Source: a virus (Duplodnaviria; Caudoviricetes). Taken from it: a DNA stretch of 28,735 nucleotides. The stretch lies in IMG/VR virus record IMGVR_UViG_3300020045_002247, positions 1 to 28,735 of that record. One strand, 5' to 3'. The position numbers and the translations under genes are program-made. This document shows positions 26,545 to 28,735 of this stretch, one piece after another (position 1 is the stretch's first letter; every line of letters starts with the position of its first letter). The notes beneath the pieces are model-generated. The model saw nothing but the letters and a program-made list of their open reading frames with translations. It did not search any database and had not been told where the DNA came from.

Positions 26545-27705
26545 ATGAAAGGAATGGAAATTTTTAATGATGATGATCAGTCAGATGACTTTTTGGAATA
26601 TGACGATAATCTCTTATTAAAGCAAGGCGATGATGCAAATGATGCAGATGTACCACCGGAACCAATAAAGTCCGGCAAAACGCCTAAAAATGGCCAAAAA
26701 CAGGCTAAGGATGATGACGATGACGATAATGATGTAGACGACGATTCGGATGAACCAGATCTCATACTCCCCTCTGGAAGGAGCAATAGCTCAGATGATA
26801 CTGATTCGAATTCTTCTACACTCAGTCCAAAGTTCTTTTCTTCCTTAGTGCAAGCTCTCAAGGAGGGGGGTATTTTAGAAGATGTTAAAGACGAAGATAT
26901 TAAGTCGCAAGAAGATTTCTTCAATGTTTTAGAAGAAAGTATTAAAGCTAGAGAGTTTGCTGATTTGGATGATAACCAAAAAGCCTATTTAGAAGCGTTA
27001 AGAACTGGTATTCCACATGAAGAAATTGCTGCTCATCAAAGAAACATCGAGGCATATAATTCAATTACTGAAGATGTATTAGCCGAAGACTCAGATGATG
27101 GCGCTGACTTACGCAGAACGATTATTATGAATAACTTTATCACTAAGGGCATTGCTGAAGTAAAGGCAAAGAAACTTACAGATAAAATATTTGATGCTGG
27201 TGAGGATATTGAAGAAGCCACTGAATCTCTCAATGAATTAAAGACAGTAGAGAAACAGCAGTTTGAATCTAATAAGCAAGCAAAAGCAGCCGCTAAAGCT
27301 GCACAGGCAAAAGCAGAGAAAGAGTCTGTTGATAAACTCAATAAGATCGTTAAAGAGACTAAAGAGTTGATCCCTGGGTTGCAAATCCCACAGACAATGA
27401 AAAACAACATTGTAAAAGGACTTACTCAACCAGTTGCTTACACCGAGGATAATAGACCTCTAGATATTATTTCAAAGTATCTATATGATAATCCAGTTGA
27501 CGGTAGATTTAAATTAGCATACTTGCTTACTGTCACTGATGGAATGAAAAAAATGAATGTGCTGGAGAATAAGAAAGCAAAGAGTAATGCCTTTAAAGAA
27601 TTAGAAAGTGCAATGCGTGCTACAGATTCTGGCGGAACAGTTGGGTTTAATGATGGAGATGGCAATGATGTCAAGTTCGATTGGAACAACTGGGAAATAC
27701 AATAA
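26545..27705 (+). CDS. Acidic crAss-like pre-capsid protein, putative scaffold
   Basis: Asp-rich disordered N-terminus, FSSLVQALKEGGIL, coiled coil, immediately upstream of MCP. Confidence 0.75.
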   Translation: MKGMEIFNDDDQSDDFLEYDDNLLLKQGDDANDADVPPEPIKSGKTPKNGQKQAKDDDDDDNDVDDDSDEPDLILPSGRSNSSDDTDSNSSTLSPKFFSSLVQALKEGGILEDVKDEDIKSQEDFFNVLEESIKAREFADLDDNQKAYLEALRTGIPHEEIAAHQRNIEAYNSITEDVLAEDSDDGADLRRTIIMNNFITKGIAEVKAKKLTDKIFDAGEDIEEATESLNELKTVEKQQFESNKQAKAAAKAAQAKAEKESVDKLNKIVKETKELIPGLQIPQTMKNNIVKGLTQPVAYTEDNRPLDIISKYLYDNPVDGRFKLAYLLTVTDGMKKMNVLENKKAKSNAFKELESAMRATDSGGTVGFNDGDGNDVKFDWNNWEIQ

Positions 27706-27729
27706 GATAAAAATTAATTTGTTTGATAT

Positions 27730-28735
27730 ATGAAACTACAAAAATTTCAGATGACAGACGCGAAATACTTCAAAGGTTTGATTTCTGCAGAGAATCACCT
27801 TGGAGCAATTTTTCAGCGTCAACCACAAAAACTTGGTGGTAATATGGTGCAGTTGCTTGCCTATAATAGAGGTAAGTCACTCGAAGAAACATTGTCACAA
27901 TTCCCTACATTAGTATTGGAATCTGACGATGAATTTACTTGGGAACTCATTGGTAGTTCTGCCCGTAACATTCAGTTAGTGGAAGCTCGTGTTGGAGCTA
28001 GTGTTGTAACCGCTGCTACATTTAATGTAGGTGCTGCCGGTTCAAGTTTTAAACTCGTATTTGGCGAAGACTGGTTTGCTGATGGTGAAGTTATCGTTGG
28101 TGAAAAGAATGAAGTCTATCCATTGCGTATTTTAGGTGAAGCTTCTTTTGAAGGTACTAATGCTGTTTATACAGTAGAACTAATGGGAGTTAATCCCAAT
28201 GGTATGCCTGGTGAAGAATTGGTTTCTGGCAAACGCTTCTCTAAAGAGTTTAACCCTGTAGAATCTGAAGGTTCTCGTAAAGTTGGTGATTTGCGTTTTG
28301 CATCTCCATTGGCTATGCGTAATGAATTCTCTCATCTGCGTATTCAGCACAAAGTCTATGGCTCTATGCTTAAACGTAAAATGATCACTGCTATTCCAGT
28401 TGCTCCACGTGAAGGTGGCGCTCCTAAGTTATTCCCAATGTGGATGCACTATGTGGACTATCAGTTGGAAGCTGAATTCTCTGCTGACAAAAACCGTCTA
28501 TTGATGTTTGCTCGCTCTAACCGTGATGAATGGGGACAGTATGCTAACGTTGGTAAATCTGGTAACGTAATTAAACAGGGTGCTGGTATTCGTGAGCAAA
28601 TGGAAGTTTCATACACTCACTTCTACTCTACATTCAAACTTAAAGTAATTGAAGACGCTCTTTATCAATTGTCAGAATCTAAGTTGGGTATGGACAACCG
28701 TACTTTCATCTTAAAAACTGGTGAACGTGGAGCTG
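27730..28735 (+). CDS. Major capsid protein, crAssphage-like, truncated by window edge
   Basis: Manual translation MKLQKFQMTDAKYFKGLISAENHLGAIFQRQPQK...MVQLLAYNRGKSL...WELIGSSARNIQLVEAR closely follows my recollection of the crAssphage MCP N-terminus. Confidence 0.93.
   Translation, partial: MKLQKFQMTDAKYFKGLISAENHLGAIFQRQPQKLGGNMVQLLAYNRGKSLEETLSQFPTLVLESDDEFTWELIGSSARNIQLVEARVGASVVTAATFNVGAAGSSFKLVFGEDWFADGEVIVGEKNEVYPLRILGEASFEGTNAVYTVELMGVNPNGMPGEELVSGKRFSKEFNPVESEGSRKVGDLRFASPLAMRNEFSHLRIQHKVYGSMLKRKMITAIPVAPREGGAPKLFPMWMHYVDYQLEAEFSADKNRLLMFARSNRDEWGQYANVGKSGNVIKQGAGIREQMEVSYTHFYSTFKLKVIEDALYQLSESKLGMDNRTFILKTGERGA

Noticed and set aside
2272-27689. Minus-strand ORFs in the track (e.g. 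2272, 4327, 6486, 10475, 15520, 21149, 24261, 26577, 27036)
   Set aside because: They lie antisense to well-supported + strand genes and show no recognisable motifs; treated as shadow ORFs.
1-28735. Stop-codon reassignment as seen in some crAss-like phages
   Set aside because: TerL, portal, fibres and MCP are uninterrupted in code 11; TAG and TGA end tightly packed genes.

Overview
This window is part of a crAss-like (Crassvirales) phage genome with a probable Bacteroidota host, read in the standard genetic code. It opens at a strand switch: one leftward gene, then a GC-rich non-coding gap. The + strand block carries small genes behind Bacteroidetes-type TTTG-N19/20-TAnnTTTG promoters, a candidate structured ncRNA, three tRNAs (Thr, Ile, initiator Met) and a degenerate tRNA-like element. 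It continues with a dATP/dGTP diphosphohydrolase-HAD nucleotidase fusion, conserved crAss small genes, the terminase genes, portal, and at the right edge an acidic pre-capsid gene and the truncated major capsid gene. The main oddity is a ~14.6 kb block between portal and the capsid genes. It holds an RcGTA-like head-spike base gene, a 47-aa peptide with a DF repeat, four fibre/adhesin/depolymerase-like genes that each start with a Sec signal peptide (three with Gln at +1), cytoplasmic fibre-like genes, and a holin-endolysin cassette. My hypothesis is a split virion appendage: exported parts mature in the periplasm and dock on cytoplasmic adaptors at lysis. All family assignments come from motif recognition by eye; no searches were run.
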